This document shows positions 62,950-64,000 of a stretch of DNA of 64,000 bases, one piece after another. The position numbers and the translations under genes are program-made. Positions within the stretch are counted from its first letter, which is position 1. The number at the start of each line of letters is the position of its first letter. This DNA is from Raillietiella orientalis (Eukaryota). The stretch lies in the NCBI GenBank assembly GCA_036172245.1, contig JAYWIR010000036.1, forward strand, positions 62,001-126,000, in the 5' to 3' direction. Below the pieces are notes generated by a model. The model searched no databases. It was not told the DNA's origin and saw only the letters and a program-made list of their open reading frames with translations.

Positions 62950-64000
62950 AAGGTGTTCCGCTGTTCACGGAAGAGCACTGATTTCTTCGGCATAGGGAGA
63001 GGACATCTTTTTCCTTGCTATTGGATGCTCCCTTGAGCCGAGCTTGAGATGTCAGGTGTTTTCCCAGCATCCCCTACTCCAGTGGTGATACAGTCCATGA
63101 TCTTCCCTTAAGCTAGAATCCACTTCTATTGCGAAGCTGGACGGCAGCTGCGTGCTCGCAAGCAGAGCGCAGGCAGCGTAGGCTTCCCATTCCTTGCACC
63201 CGTTTGGTATCCATAACAAAGAACGCGGCGATCATTTGGATACGACCAGCACCACCAACTTCCTTGGCAGCATCACCAGTTCCTCAAGTGCACAAATTAT
63301 TCACAGGCACAGGGGGCCGTTGACGAAAAAATGACTACATGCAGGACTCATATGAGACCCCATAATCGGAGTGATTGCATTTTCAATCCTCTAACGAGGG
63401 TACCTAATGGAGGGCCGGTAACCGTGGTCATTCCTGCTCCATGAGTTTTTATGAGTACTCCAAATATGTTGCGGTTAAAAAGCTCGCAGTTGGATCTTGG
63501 CCTTGTAGTTGACCATCGCGTAGGAATGCGGTTCTCAGGGGGAGAAGGAAACTCTCCTCCCAGCGCCTCGGAGATGTGACGTGGAGATCTGACGTCGAAG
63601 ACGAACAGGTGATATGAGTTGAGATTGTGGAGGAAGGTATGGCTCCTTGTTCCTCCGAAGTGAACTTTGAATTCTTGCCCACATCTCGTGTGTACGGATT
63701 TTCGAGTTACGAATTAGTGCCGGGAGGCAGTAATAATGCAAAGAGAACATCCGTGGCAATCCCCGGTCCAGAAGCACATCCGCCGAGGGAAAGCCATGCA
63801 GTGTGTGGGCATGCACCAAGCCTCAAGCTTCCTCCTCACCATTGGTGATCACCTGAGATTCTAAGACTAGAGATTCATCTACGCAGCCCGCATAAACGTC
63901 CTACCAGTCAGGGATGACCTCAGCGTAAAACCAGAGGAATGCGCATGTCTACGCTGCCGGACGGAAGACGAAACGTTATCTCACGTAGTAAACAGATGCA
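62950..64000 (-). mobile_element. Degenerate L1/Tx1-like RT region running off the window end
   Basis: Minus strand, frameshifted: RGL.HGCSL (QGCPLS motif, ~63760), TYL.GV (YLG, ~63465), EELVMLPRKL.GAG (LPxxxGGxG, ~63280). Confidence 0.5.

Overview
Eukaryotic, intron-rich genomic DNA, most likely from an arthropod (it encodes a Tweedle/DUF243 cuticular protein). Four genes can be reconstructed by hand with phase-compatible splice sites: a Tweedle-family cuticle protein (+, ~5.9-7.5 kb), the SNF2/PHD/RING E3 ligase SHPRH (+, ~18.4-33.9 kb, ~20 coding exons), eIF3 subunit I (-, 44.4-46.4 kb) and a VAMP-associated protein VAP (+, 58.1-60.0 kb). Between and inside them lie many decayed non-LTR retrotransposons (L1/Tx1-like and I/Jockey-like), a probable Harbinger remnant, and several decayed gene-like segments (a stray copy of a SHPRH 5' exon, a class A GPCR-like remnant, Cys-rich receptor-like remnants, exons of an unrecognised family). 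Notable structure: very short introns (39-56 nt), a GC-AG intron that hides the Tweedle domain behind an in-frame stop, abrupt AT-rich/CpG-poor blocks over housekeeping genes with a compositional switch in the middle of SHPRH, a 611-bp apparently identical duplication inside otherwise diverged LINE copies, and a dense array of mini-hairpins at 12.2-12.65 kb. No rRNA, tRNA or CRISPR array was seen, and I found no unambiguous new biological system; the candidates are ranked with their uncertainties. All alignments were done by eye.
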